A program made the position numbers and the translations under genes. A stretch of DNA of 64,000 nt from Eledone cirrhosa (lineage: Eukaryota), in contig OZ024743.1 of the NCBI GenBank assembly GCA_964016885.1, positions 72,912,001 through 72,976,000 on the forward strand, read 5' to 3'. Position 1 is the first letter of the stretch. Every line of letters begins with the position of its first letter. Under the pieces are notes generated by a model, which was not told the origin of the DNA, did no database searches, and was given only the letters and a program-made list of their open reading frames with translations. Below, one piece after another: positions 28,886-43,158 of the stretch.

Positions 28886-29779
28886 TTATTTGCAATGAAC
28901 ACGATTGTTATTTACAGTAAACAATCAACGTTCATGGTTTTTGTATTCAGAAAAATTGCAAATACTCAACTGTATCACTTTCATTAGAGATTTCTCAAAA
29001 GTTGCAATATTTGTTTGAAACATAGAAGTACGGAATTTGGAAGTAATATGATAAATAAATTACTAATGTATGCATTCGAAATATGCACACTTTAAATAAC
29101 TAGAAGCTATTCGTCTGTCCTCCATTGCACATCATTAGGACTGCACTTTGTGCATCTGTAATATAGAAATATTTTGAAAACCGGTAAACACATTATTATT
29201 TATAAAGGCTTACTCACTGTTTTAACGAACTCAGCAACTTTTGTAAATTTTTCTATTAGATTGTGTGACTATATGCCGACTACACCACAGGCTATCTGTT
29301 AATATCGTTAAAATATAGTAACAGCGGGCGTGCGTTGATAGAAAATGTATAGTTAAATCACAATAAATTATATATTTTGTAAGTTATACGTAATTACGTC
29401 AAGTAGTTTAAGAACCAACTTTTAAATGGATAATTTTCATTATAAGAACAAAATTTGCCTAACGAAAACGTATTATAGCAATATGATAGAGCTAAATCAG
29501 GACATTTCAATATGATATATTTGGATGTTCCTTGGCAAATGTTTGCTTCATTTTCTACGTCAACTAACTAAAACATGCTGTTCAACTACATGTGTAGAAT
29601 TTGCCTTTTAGGGTTGTTGTTTTTGTGTTGTTTGCCACTTTTGTTGCTGTTGTTGTTTTCGTTATTATTTTTTGCAATATATATTTGAATGATTTATATA
29701 TTTATTTGTCAATTATAAATAATTATTTGTTGACATTCTGTTTAGTAATATTTTGATCCAATCTTTTCTTCTGTAATTA

Positions 29780-30150
29780 ATTGTTTCTACATTTGGCACA
29801 AGGCCAGCAAATACCCAGTGTATTACAGATACTTTATTTTATCGACCCCGAAAGTATTAAAGGCAAAGTTAACCTCGGCGGGATTTGAACTCAGAATGGT
29901 AAGGACCGTAACTCTATGCGTCAAAGCATGGCCTCTGACCCTCTACCGATACTGCCAATCCTCCGCTAATTAATATTAAACCATGAGTACAGAGTCGGAC
30001 GCTATGTTTCGCAGCACAGAGTTACAACCCTTTACGGTCTTAGTTCAAATCCCGCCGAGGTTAACTTTGCCTTTCATCCTTACGGGGTCGATAAAATAAA
30101 GCACCAGTAATGCACTGGTCTAATTGCTGGCCTTGTGCCTAACGTAGGAA
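29780..30150. mobile_element. Two SINE copies head-to-head (29780-29968 -, ~29990-30150 +)
   Basis: Both match the 6019 family and form a local inverted repeat. Confidence 0.85.
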
Positions 30151-31625
30151 AAAAAATTTATATCAATCCGATATATATAATTAATTAAAACTCTGAAAAG
30201 TTTATTATTTAATGTTACACAGTTTATTATGTAACTTATAATTCATACGCTTTCAATATATGAATAAGCCTTGTATTCAGTTGCGTGTCTTGAGGAAATA
30301 TGTAACTGCTGTGTGGTTAAATAATTTAAAATATATTAAAATATAAATATAAACATTTCTCAGTTGGCTTCCATTATTACACCGGCTATCTAATATTCTA
30401 ACATATATTTCAGTTTATCCATGGGGGAAATTCGTTGTATGTACACAAACTGCAGGTGTAGAGAAAGATTTCTCTACAGTTCTATTAGATTATGTAAGAA
30501 CATGAATGGATTTAATGCGAACTGAAGTGATTCAACCATACGTATATTTGAAAGCATCTATGGGTAACCATTTTTGTTTTCGATTGTGGATGTGAGACTT
30601 CCTGTCTAGTTAGCATAAATTGTATTCACCATGTTATGTTAATGATAATATTAAGATGACAAAGAGATGCTTTACGTAGTTCTACACTTCTATTTATATA
30701 TCAGTTTGTAAAAATATCCATGTACACAGTTGTTCCTTTTCATAGCACATATTAATAATAATTTTACAGTTTATCATGAAATATTTATAACATGGTACAT
30801 GCGGTACGTTTACTTGAATAATTGAATGCAGCCTACAGATAATGGTTCTTAATATACACTACCGATCTATTTCGAAAGAAATTCAGAGATCCGTGCATTT
30901 AATTCTGTTTCCACAATGAGACGCAGTCAACTGCGGCTTATATATTATTCAGACGTTTATATATAAAGACGAGCCAAACCAAAATCCGAATGTATGTTTG
31001 ACAAATGTAAATATATGTCTTGAGAGGAAACATATAGTCCCAAAATATATTTTCGTTCAGAATGTCGAATAATATATGACATAGAGATAATTGAAGTATA
31101 CCCGCCCGCAGATGTAAGCCCAGTGAGCTGGAATGTCTCTTCCAACGCGCCTCCGGGGAAAAGTCTTCTCTATTTTGTCGGCCGAGGCCATGGGGCGGTC
31201 AGCGCGTGGGCCCCCATTTGCTGATGATAGTGAGAGATGGGAAGAGCGAAATAGATGGCGGCAGTGATTAAATTCCCCCTCCTGTATTCATCCTTTAGCT
31301 GCTATCTCCTCCACTAGAACTTCGAAAGATATAAGAAAATAGTGTTTGATAGAAAAACACGTTCTTAAAATTTAACAGGCATTCAAAGTCAAAAGTGTAT
31401 GAAAGAATGCTAAATATTTCAACAATAGATACATGCATATGATTATAATTTATGATGGACCGCTTAAATAATAGCCGAGAGAATAATATTTTCTGGGTTT
31501 GACACGTTGTATATATCAATAATTATATGTATTTATATGTAGAGTGGGGTCCGCCCCCTTCAGCTATGTCCATGTATATGTATGTAAGTACGAATATATG
31601 TGTAGATATATGTACACACACACAT

Positions 31626-31700
<75 letters not shown>

Positions 31701-31725
31701 TGCGTGTGTGTGTGTATGAATACAT

Positions 31726-31777
<52 letters not shown>

Positions 31778-31784
<7 letters not shown>

Positions 31785-32517
31785 GAACTGAGGTTGTCTG
31801 TCTGTATGTCTGTCTACTAAAACAGTCGGCACACATCTCCTCCTAAACCGTAGGTTCAAATTTCGGTGAAATTGCTACACTTATAGATGAAGGTCCCGTG
31901 GAGACATTGGTCAAACAAATTTTCAAATCGACCCACTCCAAGTGCAAAAATCGAATTTGTAATATATTGATTTGTCAGTTCAAATGTATAAATAGAGATG
32001 AGAGACGAGTTATTTCCCTTTTATGGCATCATTTGTCTATCTATTTACGTTACGAATAAACGTGCAGAAGTACAAAAATACGCGAACAGTTTCGGGCAGC
32101 AAAATGTTAACCTGCAAAATTCGTGAGTTCGAAGTTTCAACATTAAGCTTCCATTTTGCTTCATTTCCATTAAAAAGTCTTTTAAAATAATATTTCAGCG
32201 CATCAGCCTCGCCATCACCCGAGACAACGCTGCGAGTGTGCTGGATTGCCTCAAAATTAGAGGGGTTGCCCAGTACTCGCGACATTGCTGGTGTTGGCTC
32301 CATTGTTCACCCCTTCCTTTACATTTTCTTTAATATTGTAGCATTGAAGGAATATATCTTTCATTGTATCATCCTTTGTAGTGTTACCGAGGCATTTGTA
32401 ATGTTATTTATGTATATATTTAAAACATATTTGTTATACATATACATCTAAAGAGAGAAAGGGAGAACAAGAGAGAGAGAGTGAGATAGGTCGTTATACA
32501 GAGAGAGGTACAAGATA

Positions 32518-32557
<40 letters not shown>

Positions 32558-32637
32558 GAGAGATATCTGCGCGTTCTTTATTGTTCTCTATTCTGTATAG
32601 GAAGAGAGAGAGAGAGAGAGAGGGGGGGGATATGAGT

Positions 32638-32672
<35 letters not shown>

Positions 32673-33696
32673 GATATGAGAAAAAAGGGAGAGGGGTTGA
32701 GAAAGAAAGAAAGTTTAAGCAAAGGATCGCTGCTTTCAACATTACCGGGATCTTCTTAAACTAATAAATTCAATCTGTGAACGCAGAATTAAATATTTCG
32801 AGAAACATTGCAACCGAAGGAAAACAAGATGACGATATTTTGGTTTGTGAAGACGTTCCCTGGTAATGAACGGAAAAAAGCGAGCATAATACGTCGTTAT
32901 GTGGACCGAGAAGAACAATTTCATACAAAGACAAGAACAAGTTTATGGTGTAAATGGAGTCGTTAGACTAATATTCTATTTAAAATAACCGAATGATTTC
33001 CAGCCCCACAGTTTAAAAATGATGTAAATAAAATTGTAAACGAAAATGACAGAGGTTATTAAAATAGTTGTTTCTACTTTTGGCACAAGACCAGCAATTA
33101 CCCAGTACATTATTTTATCGACCCCGTAAGGGTGAAAGGCAAAGTTAACCTCGGCGGAGTGAAGATTTAGGCCAGTACATACGTATGCGCCGACGGACAT
33201 ATACATATACATACGCACAAACAAATACACCACCCCACAAACACACACACACGCGTGTGTGTGTGTAAATCTTATGCATTTCTACAGTATTTTCACCGAA
33301 CTTAAGACATGGGTTACTTATGTACTCCGGATGGTCATGAGCACTTTCATTTTTCCAGATATTGATTATAGGGCCTTCCGGCAGATAACCCCCTTTAACT
33401 ACTTCCTTGGAGTCGACTGAAGCACTGCAGTGCAATGCAACAAAACGTCATAACTTCTGGATTTCGCAACCGATTTTCACAAAATTGACACATTGTCTAC
33501 GTTTATTCTACAGATGAATGTGAACTCTCAGAATTGGCACATATTGAGTAGGGAACCCCTGGGGGCAGGAACCCCCTTCTGGAAAAAGCCGCTGATTTTG
33601 TAAAAGTATAGTTTTCGAAGCAGCACTGAATTATTGACATAAATGGTATACATAACTGCTATTTAATACCCGAGCAACGGCGGGTAACTCTGCTAA
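31778..33696 (+). mobile_element. Helitron-like element with nested inserts (SINE 33066-33160, hammerhead relic, microsatellites)
   Basis: 5' region resembles the 6950 element; 3' hairpin TACCCGAGCAACGGCGGGTA followed by CTAA|T. It may be two separate pieces. Confidence 0.5.
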
Positions 33697-33770
33697 TATA
33701 TATATATATAAATATATATCCATCAATCCCTCTACATACCTATCTACCAGTCCGTCTGTCCATCTATCCA

Positions 33771-33881
<111 letters not shown>

Positions 33882-33924
33882 GTATATATATATATGTAAA
33901 TACCTAAACGAATATATACATATT

Positions 33925-33962
<38 letters not shown>

Positions 33963-34119
33963 AGTGCGTGTGTGTGTGTGAGTCTGTGTGTGTGTGTGTG
34001 TGTGTGTGTATGTGGAGATTATATAGATAGATGGACAGACGGACTGGTAGATAGGTATGTAGAGGGATTGATGTATAGAGAGATATAAGATACATGGATA
34101 GAATGTTAGATATATATAT

Positions 34120-35623
34120 TTCTTTATTTACCATAAAGGCATAAAAAGAAGGGACAAATACAAAGGGGGAGTTTACATAAAATCGAGTAAAAAGGGTATA
34201 AAATGAAAATAATCGAAAACAACCTCAAAAGGGAGGGGACGTGATGGGGGTTGCACCCCCCCCTAAAAAGTGTGCAATCCTTTGCCCCGGGAGCACATGG
34301 AGAAGGTGCACCCCTCTCCTTCACTTCTTTACCTACAGGATGGTATACAGAGAAGGCCCATTTACACGAGCCATTCTCGCCACTATCACCCACCTTTCAT
34401 AAAACTGCCTTTGGCCAAGCACCTCTCTCTCCATTATTATCCTTCTTCCGAAGTGATATCGGAAGAAGTAGACCAGACTATGGCCAGAGAGGAAGTTGCC
34501 TGACCTCAGACCTTTCAATCGTGTCCACCAAACAACCTCTTTCAACATGGCTATTACGCACAGAAAAACCGCCTTTGCTTCCTTTGTGAAGAGGGGAGGC
34601 GGCTTGATTGTCATCACGGACTCGGCGGTCAATCGAATCGGCGCCACCCGCGAAGCAGTCGTTCGGCGTAGCCCCACAGATCAGCCACGCCCGGACATTG
34701 CACCAATGCGTGCGTAACGGTTTCTTCGTGACGCACGCATCTAGGGCAAATCTTTTTCGAGGGATCCCTACTCGGGCGCCCGTTTCTGTAGAGCCTCTCT
34801 CGAACGGGTAGAGCCCCCCGGTAGCACTGCCAGGCTAGTGACTTCTGGAAGTTGTCCGTTGGTCCCGGGGCGAAAGTCCTACCGAACAGGCTGGCCAGTT
34901 CGTCCTCTTCCATGTCCAGCGACTCTCCAAGGGTGTCATCGCCCCTGCTAGCCACCAGCCCTCTATAGAATGATGAGGTGGATTCTCCACCGATGGCCTG
35001 GCCCGCTTGCCAGAGAGCCCTGAGCGCCTGGGCACACCCAGTGTGCCAGTCTCCCAGTTTTCCGGATGTTTGCTTGACCCAGGACTGCAGCTCGGTGAGC
35101 GAGACGAGTCTCGGAAAGGCTCGTTTCACGAACGGAGCCCATACCGGTTGACCAGTGAGGAATACCTGTAGGTGCCGTAGCCTTAATGCGTGCCTACGCA
35201 TCCTCAACCACGGCATCCCCATCCCTCCTTTCGAAGGTTGTTGGCAGCAGATGGATCTTCTCACCATAGGAGGGCGCTTCTTCCAAAGAGATTGGAAGAG
35301 CATGCGTTCCATGATGGTGAGTGTTTCCTTAGGGCAAGGCACGACAGTCTGGCGGTAGTAAGTGACGGACGCTATGTAAATGTTCGCCACCTCCGCCCGA
35401 CCTTTTAGGGACAGCTTACACTTGGCCCATTTCTGGGTTAGTGCAAACACCTTGTTCGTAACCTCGTCCCAGTTCTTTTCCACCTGGAGGTCCGGTCCAA
35501 ACCTGACCCCAAGCAACTTCACCGGGCCCTCCGTCCAGTGTCCGACGACACCGTCGGGAGGCATCGGTCTGCTTCTCCACGTTCCGAGTTGCAGCCCGAT
35601 GGATTTTTCCCGGTTCAGGTTCG
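34120..35623 (-). mobile_element. Tx1/L1-clade LINE, 5'-truncated (ORF2 C-terminal part)
   Basis: ORF 34629-35564 includes LSLKGRAEVAN, GGMGMP and CPRC...EETVTHALVQCP; AATAAA 3' end. Confidence 0.9.
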
Positions 35624-35670
35624 CTCCTTATAGAAAGATAGATATATAAATAGATAGATAGATAGATAGA

Positions 35671-38600
35671 TTTCTTTATTTGCCACAAGGACGCACAAGA
35701 AAAGCGAACAATACAAAGACATGCCGGGGATTGTACATACAGTCGTGTAAAAAATATAAAACAAACAATTATAACAATCGAAATCCCCAATAGGGGGGAA
35801 GCGCCACAAATGTGTTGTTTAATACCCCGTAGATAGAACAACCCTCAACTTCAGGAGTGTGTTATACAAGTGCTCATTTCTTCCTTTTGCTCTCTTCTTT
35901 AACCTCAGGCTTATAAACAGAGAACGCCCAATCATTCGGCCATTTTTGCCACATACACCCACCTTTCAGTAAATTTACTGGGGTGCAGTGCCTCTCTCTC
36001 CACTCTGCCGGGGCATCCTTGCCTGTAGATCTTGTCACGAACTGGTAGAGCTCCTCGGTAGCACTGCTACGCCAGGGACCTCTGGAAGTTGTCCAAAGAT
36101 CCCAGGCGGAAAGTCCTACCAAACAGGCTGATGAGCTCATCGTCTTCGACGCCCAGAATCTCATCGAGCACGCCGTCGCCCTTGTAACGTACAATCCCTC
36201 TATAGAATGTCGAAGTGGAGTCTCCACTGATTGATGTGCCCGCTTGCCAGAGGACTCTGAGTGCCTGAGCGCATTCAATGTGCCAGGCACCCATCGTTTT
36301 CGGTCTTTTCTTGACCCATGACTGCAGCTCCGTCAGCGAGACGATCTGTGGGAAAGCCTGTCTCACAAACGGTGCCCACACCGGTTGGGGGTCAGTGAGG
36401 AACACCTGCAGATGCCGCAGCTCAGCGCATGTTTGCGCATAATCATCCCTCCGTTTGAAGGGTGCTAACAGCTGACGGATCTCTTTACAAGCGGAGCCTG
36501 CTTCTTCAAAGAAACTGGAAGAGCATGCGTTCCATCTTGGCGAGTAGTTCACGGGGACAAGGCACGACAGTCAAGCGGTAGTAGATGACGGACGCTATGG
36601 AAGTGTTCGCCACCTCCGCTCGACCATTCAAGGACAGTTTGCACTCTGCCCAGTTCTGGGTGAGAGCAAACACCTTGGCCGTGACCTCGTTTCAGTTTTT
36701 CTCCAACTGGAGGTCTGGACCGAACCAGACCCCGAGCAATTTCATCAGTCCGTCCGTCCAATGTCCAATGATGCTGTCGGACGTCATCAGTTACCTCTCC
36801 ATGTACCGAGTTGCAAACCGACAGACTTGTCCAAGTTTAGTTTTTCTCCCGTCAGCGTTTCGTATTCTTTCAGTAAGTTGCCGATCACCCCGATTTTCGA
36901 GGTGCTCGACACCATTACCGTCACGTCGTTGGCATAGCCGAGGCCGCTTTGCGTAGTCCCAGTTCTAGAGGGATGGCCTGCAATAGCTCCAATTTTCGCA
37001 GTAGTGACACTAGAGTAAATATATACAGAATGGAGGAGAGAGGGCTGCCCTGTCGAATGGAACGCGTGATTGCGAACGGGTCCGATAGGTAGCCGTTCAC
37101 CTTGACCCTCGAGCAGATGCTGGTGTGCATCGCCTCGATCCAGCTTCTGAAAACGGGACCGAGACTGGCCGCTTTGAGAGCCGCTTCCAAGTATCTATGG
37201 TTGACCCTATCTAATGCCTTAGACTGATCCAAATTGAAACCGGGTTTACTACCACTCTATCTATGATGTATCGCATGAGGTTGAGGTTGTCGTGTATGTA
37301 CCTGGTCGGGATTGCACACGTTTGCACTTTCCCTACCAGGTTCTCGACGACAAGCGCCAACCGCGTCGCTAGCACCTTGGCCAAAATCTTGAGTTGAGCA
37401 GATTTATGGGTCTGAATTTGTTAATTTCGTCCCCCTTGTTCTCGTCTTTCCTGATCAGCGTTACTACGCCCTTCGAGGACCTGGCTTCGAGGACGCCAGA
37501 GAACAAGTTCGGCATGCCTATGTAAAACTCATAGGGTCGACCATCTGCACCGGGTGATTTGCGTTTCCCGCAGCGGCGCAGAGTTTTCCGTATCTCAGTG
37601 TCCGTGATCGGTCTTTCGCAGAACTCGGCGTCCGTGTTCGAGAGACGCGGCAAACCGTCGAGGTATGAAGTAAAGTCCATTGCACCGTTCGGCTCCCTGT
37701 CGTTCTGCTCAAACATTCGCGCAAAGTGCTGCTGAAAGGCCGCGCACATTCGCTTGGAGTCAAGTAGCACGCGTCCGTTTTGGTCTTTCAAAGACCGAAT
37801 CGTGGACTTGTTGCCACTTTTTGCCTCCGCTACTCGGGCCCAGCTGATAGTTTTCGCTCTTTCGTTTCCTAGAGCAGGTATTTTGCTCCTGACCACGCAG
37901 CCTTCGTGTTTCGTGTCGAGGAACTGGTCTATTGCCGTTCTCTAGCCGCGTTGCCACTTCTAAGTGCCTCCTCTACCTTGGCTACTAGTTCTCTTTCTAT
38001 TTTGTTTTTCTCTAAGGCTAACTCTCTGTTAAACTCTATCGATTCTACTCTAATTGCTTTCTTGAGAGTGTACCACCATCTATTGTTGACGATGCCTCCC
38101 GTTAACTGATGCTTGACTAGTCTACTTATCCGTTCACTGTAAGCTTTACGTGCTGGCAACGACACGTTCAGCTTCCAGTATCCGCGTCCCTGTCTATGTA
38201 TTCTATCACGGTTGACTAAGCAGATGTCTAATTTGTGATCTGAGTAGGCAACCATGTGCATTCGTGGACAGCTTAACATCTATTTGTCCCCTTTCTCTAA
38301 TGAAGAACCTATCTAAATACGATCTAGATGTCCCGCTGCGGTTTGCCCACGTGCAATGTGGGGCAGTCGGGAATCCAGTCGATACCCATCGGCCAGTTGG
38401 AATTGGCCGATTAAAAGTTTGAGGCTGTTGCACCACCCTCTAGTAAGACATGCTCACACATAGTCCCATCGTGCATCTAGGATACCATTCCAGTCCCCCA
38501 CTAAAAGTAAGGAGCGAGATGTTCCCAGAAAAGACTCTAGAGGCTTAAAGAAGTCTGGCCGTGATCGCGATTGCCCGGTCGGAGCATAAACGGCCACCAG

Positions 38601-40720
38601 TCTGAAGGCTCCACCTCTAATACTGTTCACGTCTAGGACTACCAGTCTACCCTCCGGGTCCAAGTGTACTTGCTGTACTTCGACGTCCAGGTTCTTCCAA
38701 AACATGACACCAGTCCCCCTCCACTTCCTGGCTGACAGAGAGATGGGTAAATCTCAAAGTCTTCGAAGATGGGGGTTAGTTGCTGCCTGTTGTGGATCAT
38801 GGACTCGGTGATGGCTATCACATCCATACTGAGTGACCTAAGGTCGTTTAAAAGTTGGCCCTGTTTCCACGGAATCCCTAGGCCACGCACATTCACGCTT
38901 TCAACTCGTAAAGTAGCCTGTTGGTGGAGATAGTTGGCGAAAGGGACGAAAAGGTGCACTTACCTTTTCGTTTCCTGGAGATCGGGTTGTTCAATATCCA
39001 TTTCAGTTCTGATGGGGGTGTTGGGTGGGGTGAGGAAACATTTTAATAAGACGCGGTTCATAGGTTTTTGACAGGGGTTGCCAACATCCTGCGAAAACTA
39101 TTCTTTCAATTTCTGATAGGTTTCTATCAAACCTTTATTAGTTTTAGGTGTGGAGACGATTCTGCTTTGACGAAAGATTTGCCCTCCGTCTCCACCTTGG
39201 GGTTTTGGGAGATGGCATCCATCAAACTCTTGTTGTTTGTGTTGATGTATGCGTATCGTTGTTTGTATTTTTGTTGTGTTGTTTTAGCTTGTTGTTCGTC
39301 CGGGAGTTTTCTTTTTATGGTGGGTACTTGTGTTTGGGGTGGTGTTGGATTTACTGGTAGGGGGATGTTTGACTGTGGTGTTGTTTGTGTTGTTGTTTGT
39401 GTCTGTGGTTGTGTGTTGATGTTGGTGATTGGAGTTTTGGGGGTTTTGTGGTGTCTCTTTTTTTGTTTTTTAGATTTCTGAGGCTCTCCTTTTTCTTCAC
39501 TTAAAGAAGAAGCAGCCTCATCTGTCGGTGAATAATCATCGTCAGGAGTGTGGGGTAGGGGTATGTTGTGGGGTGGTGGTGTTTCGGTGTGTGTGTTTGT
39601 GGTAGAGTTTGATGGAGTGGGATGGGGAGGGGTTGTGTTCTTCAAGGGTGTTGTCTGTGTTTTTTCTGTTGTTGTTGTTGGTTGAGTGGCTGTTTGTTTT
39701 GGTGTGTTTGCTCGTTTCGTCTGTTGTTGTACTTGTGGTGGTGGTTGATTTGGTGTTGGTGTTGGTACTAGATTTTGTTTAATGATGTTGTTGTGGTGTG
39801 TTTGTAAAAGACAGGAGGCCTTTAGGTGTGTTGTGCTACCACAGCGAAAGCAATGAGGTTTACCCCCTCAACCGAGATGTTTATTTTGTTGTTGTCGTCG
39901 ATGACGACTTTTTCGGGTAATTTGGAGATTCTCTCCCACCTCATCTGTATCAGAATCTCCAAATCCGTACCCGCCCACCATTGTCTAATAGACTTTTGTA
40001 TTGAAAGAATAAGCATCAGTCTCTGGCTCCACGAAGCCAGCAAGATCCACCAGATGTTAATGTCTGGTGGTATATTTTTTTTATTTTTATGTTTTGGGTT
40101 CTTTTTTCCCATGTACGTATGGAAAAACGTGAATGCTTTTGACACCATTGGTGTCACAGCATGTTTTTGGGCGAGTACCTCGCTTTTAAACAGTACGGAA
40201 ATATTTCCGTACTGTTTTGCTCGTTGAAGAAAGTCAATATTTTCTAGAGTCTCCTTCAAGGTGGTTTCTATGTCTCCTTGACTCACACATATTGGCTTTT
40301 TCGTTGTGTTTGAGACAGTCCTGAAGGTTACAGTCCTTCGAACTATCTCTTCTTTTATTTAGAGGAGTGAGTTGATTCTAAATGCACCCTTGTTTTCGAA
40401 AGTTACAAATTTTCTCCCTTGCTGGAGCATATCTCTTACATTGGAGATGTCAAGGTTTATAAAATCTTGTTTTTTGTTCACTGTTTCAGCGAAAGACATT
40501 TTTTTGTGGTGTTGCTGTTGTTGTTGTTGCTGTTGTTGTTGTTTTTATCGTTGTTAGCCTCGGTGTTGGAAATCGCAATTTCTTGACGATGTGAAATGTT
40601 ATATGTAGATGTATCTATGGAGTTGTTGTTGTTGGGCTGTTTCATGTGTACGTATATTAATAGGTTTAATTCCTGTGTGTTCCTGTGTATGTTGTGTGTT
40701 ATTTTTCTCCAGAGGTCTCG
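35671..40720 (-). mobile_element. Decayed near full-length Tx1/L1-clade LINE (ORF1, APE, RT)
   Basis: Fragments in order: ORF1 (39127-40286), SVNVRG/IAITES/AVYAP/VGDWN/SYLDRF/SDH (APE), KSPGADG, FRPINLLN, DQSKALDRVNH, IRQGSPLS (RT). Many frameshifts. Confidence 0.92.
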
Positions 40721-43158
40721 GGCCTAAAAGCAAGGAGACGGACGTTCCCAGAAATGTCTCTAGGTGTTGGAAGAAGTCCGGTCGCGCTGTCCCAGATGGG
40801 GCTTCCCCTTCACTACTGCCAACGTCTAGAACCACCAGTCGACCCCCCGGGTCCAGGTGTACCTTCCGTGTTGCGAGGCCCAGGTATTTTCGCAGCAGAA
40901 CCACAACCCCACCCCCACCCCCCGGCTGACAGAGAGATGCATAGATCTCAAAGTCGTCGAAGATGGGGGCCAGTTGGTACTCGCTGCTGATCCTGGACTC
41001 ACAAATAGCTATCACATCCATTCTGTTCGACATGAGGTCATTTAAGAGTTTCTCCTGCTTCCAGGACATCCCCATGCCGCGCACATTTAAACATCCAACT
41101 CTTATAACAGCCATGTTTTTGGTGAAGAGTTAAAGTGGAGAAAAATGAAAATACACCTACCTCTCCTTCTCCTGGGGGACCAGGCTGTACAATTTCCATG
41201 GGGGTGTCGGAGGGGTTGTTTGGTGGGGTGGTGATTTGGGATGTGGTGGGGGTGTTTGGTGGGGAAACATTTCAAAAGGACGCGGTTGATAGGTCTAGTA
41301 CAGGGGTTCCCCACGTCCCCGGGAAAGTTTGGTTTGAGCATTGCGTAGGTGTCCCTTGGGATCCTAATCATTTTTAAATGCGTTTATTCGTCGCGTTGGT
41401 GAGCATTTTCCCTTCGGTTCCCACCGACGGGTCTTTGTCTATTGTTGTACAAGTGTTTTGTTGTTTGTGTTGATGTATGTATACTGTTTTTGTTGTGTTG
41501 TGTTTGTTGTTCTTGTGTGTCTTTGCGTTTTGTAGTATGTGTTATGTTTTCGGGTGGGTTAGTTTTTTTTGTTTGTCATGTTTGTTCTGTTTGTGCTGGT
41601 GGCTGTTTGTTTGTTGCATTTTTGTTAATGTGGTGCCTTCTTTTCTTTCTTTTTACTGGTTGAAAGGGTTCTCCCTCGTCGTCACTGGGAGACGTTGATA
41701 AGGGGTCTTCGTCCGTGTTGTTGGGGAGAGGTATATTTTGTAGTTTTGTTGTGGTTGCTTTTGAATTTGTTTTAGGTGGGGGGAGGCAGTGTCTTGTGTT
41801 GTTATTTTTTCGTGTTGTTGTGGTTGCTGTTGTTGTGGTGGTGGTGGTGGTTGTGTTGTTGTGTGTGGGGTTGGCAGAAGCGTCTTTTCTTTTGGGGGTG
41901 GCATTTAAACGGGGACAGGAAGCCCTCAGGTGACCACTTCTTGAACAATGGTAGCATGAAGGCCGCCTGCCCTCAACAGAAATGTTTATGAAGGCCACTC
42001 CATCCAGGAACACACGCTGCGGTATTCTTGCTATCCGTTCTGGTCTCATTTGGACCAGAACTTCAAGACTATTACCGCCGAATACGCCCCCGGTGGATTC
42101 GCCTATCGAAAGGATTGTGTCCTCATCTTCTAAGAATCCCGTTAGCATCCACCAAATGCTCGCATTTGGCCTGATGCCCGAGATTCTTATCTTTTGAGTT
42201 CTTTTCCCCAAATATGTGGGGAAAAAGGTGTATGATTTGGATACAATTGGCGACACAGAATATTTCCGTGCCGCCAATTGGTCTTTCATTAAAACAGATA
42301 TGCTTCCATACAGTTTCACTTTCTGTATGAAAGCGATATCTTTCCATACACTATTTAGGACCAGCACAATTTCGCTTTGGGATAATTGAGCCGGTTTCCT
42401 AGTTGTGTTGGAAATTGTTCTAAAGATTATGGTCCTCAGGACTGTGTCTCTTCTAATTTCTTCGGGAGAGGTAATTGTAAATTCTACACCTTCCCCGAAA
42501 ATTACACAATTTCTTGCTTCTTTTAGCAATTTCTTGGCATTCGAGAAGTCCAGTGCCTTGTATGTCTGCGTTTATCGAACCGCCTGTGCGAAAGAGACTC
42601 CAGTTGTGGGTCCGTTCTCTTTGGTGTTGTTGTTGTTATCATTGTTGTTGTTGTTATTCGTGTTGACTTCCTTTTTTCCTTTGTCATTGTTGTCGTTATT
42701 GCTGTTGTTGGTTGTTTTGTTATTGCCATTGTTGCTGTTATTGGTTGTGTTGTTATTGTCATTGTTGTTCTTGTTTGTGTAATTGTAACTTTTGGGGTTT
42801 TCACCTATTTCCACAAATTTTTCTTTTAATTCCGTGTTCATGGTGTATTTTGCAGGAGTGAAGAGGAAAGGCTTTGAGCGTTGTGCTGCTACCTTCTCTC
42901 TATCACTTTCTTTGGGGGGCGTGGCATGTGTCGTATGCGATGTATTAATGGCGTCTATTATCGCTAAACGACTTTTATAGACAAAGTATAACTATTAAAT
43001 TTCGCCACATTATAACTATTTATTTTACCCCACGTCTGCAGGTCCAGGCGATGGGTTAAACAAAACAAATAACAAGTTACTTAACATACCTACTGCTTCT
43101 CGTAACAAATATCCGACAAAATGCAGGAGCGAAACAAAAACACGTCTTTCTTCTCCGA
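40721..43158 (-). mobile_element. 5' part of a second Tx1-like subfamily (5'UTR, ORF1 with zinc knuckle, start of APE)
   Basis: ORF 41576-42529 has CYHCSRSGHLRASC and ORF 40599-41114 has CLNVRG..IAICES. The 5' end abuts (GATA)n. Confidence 0.9.
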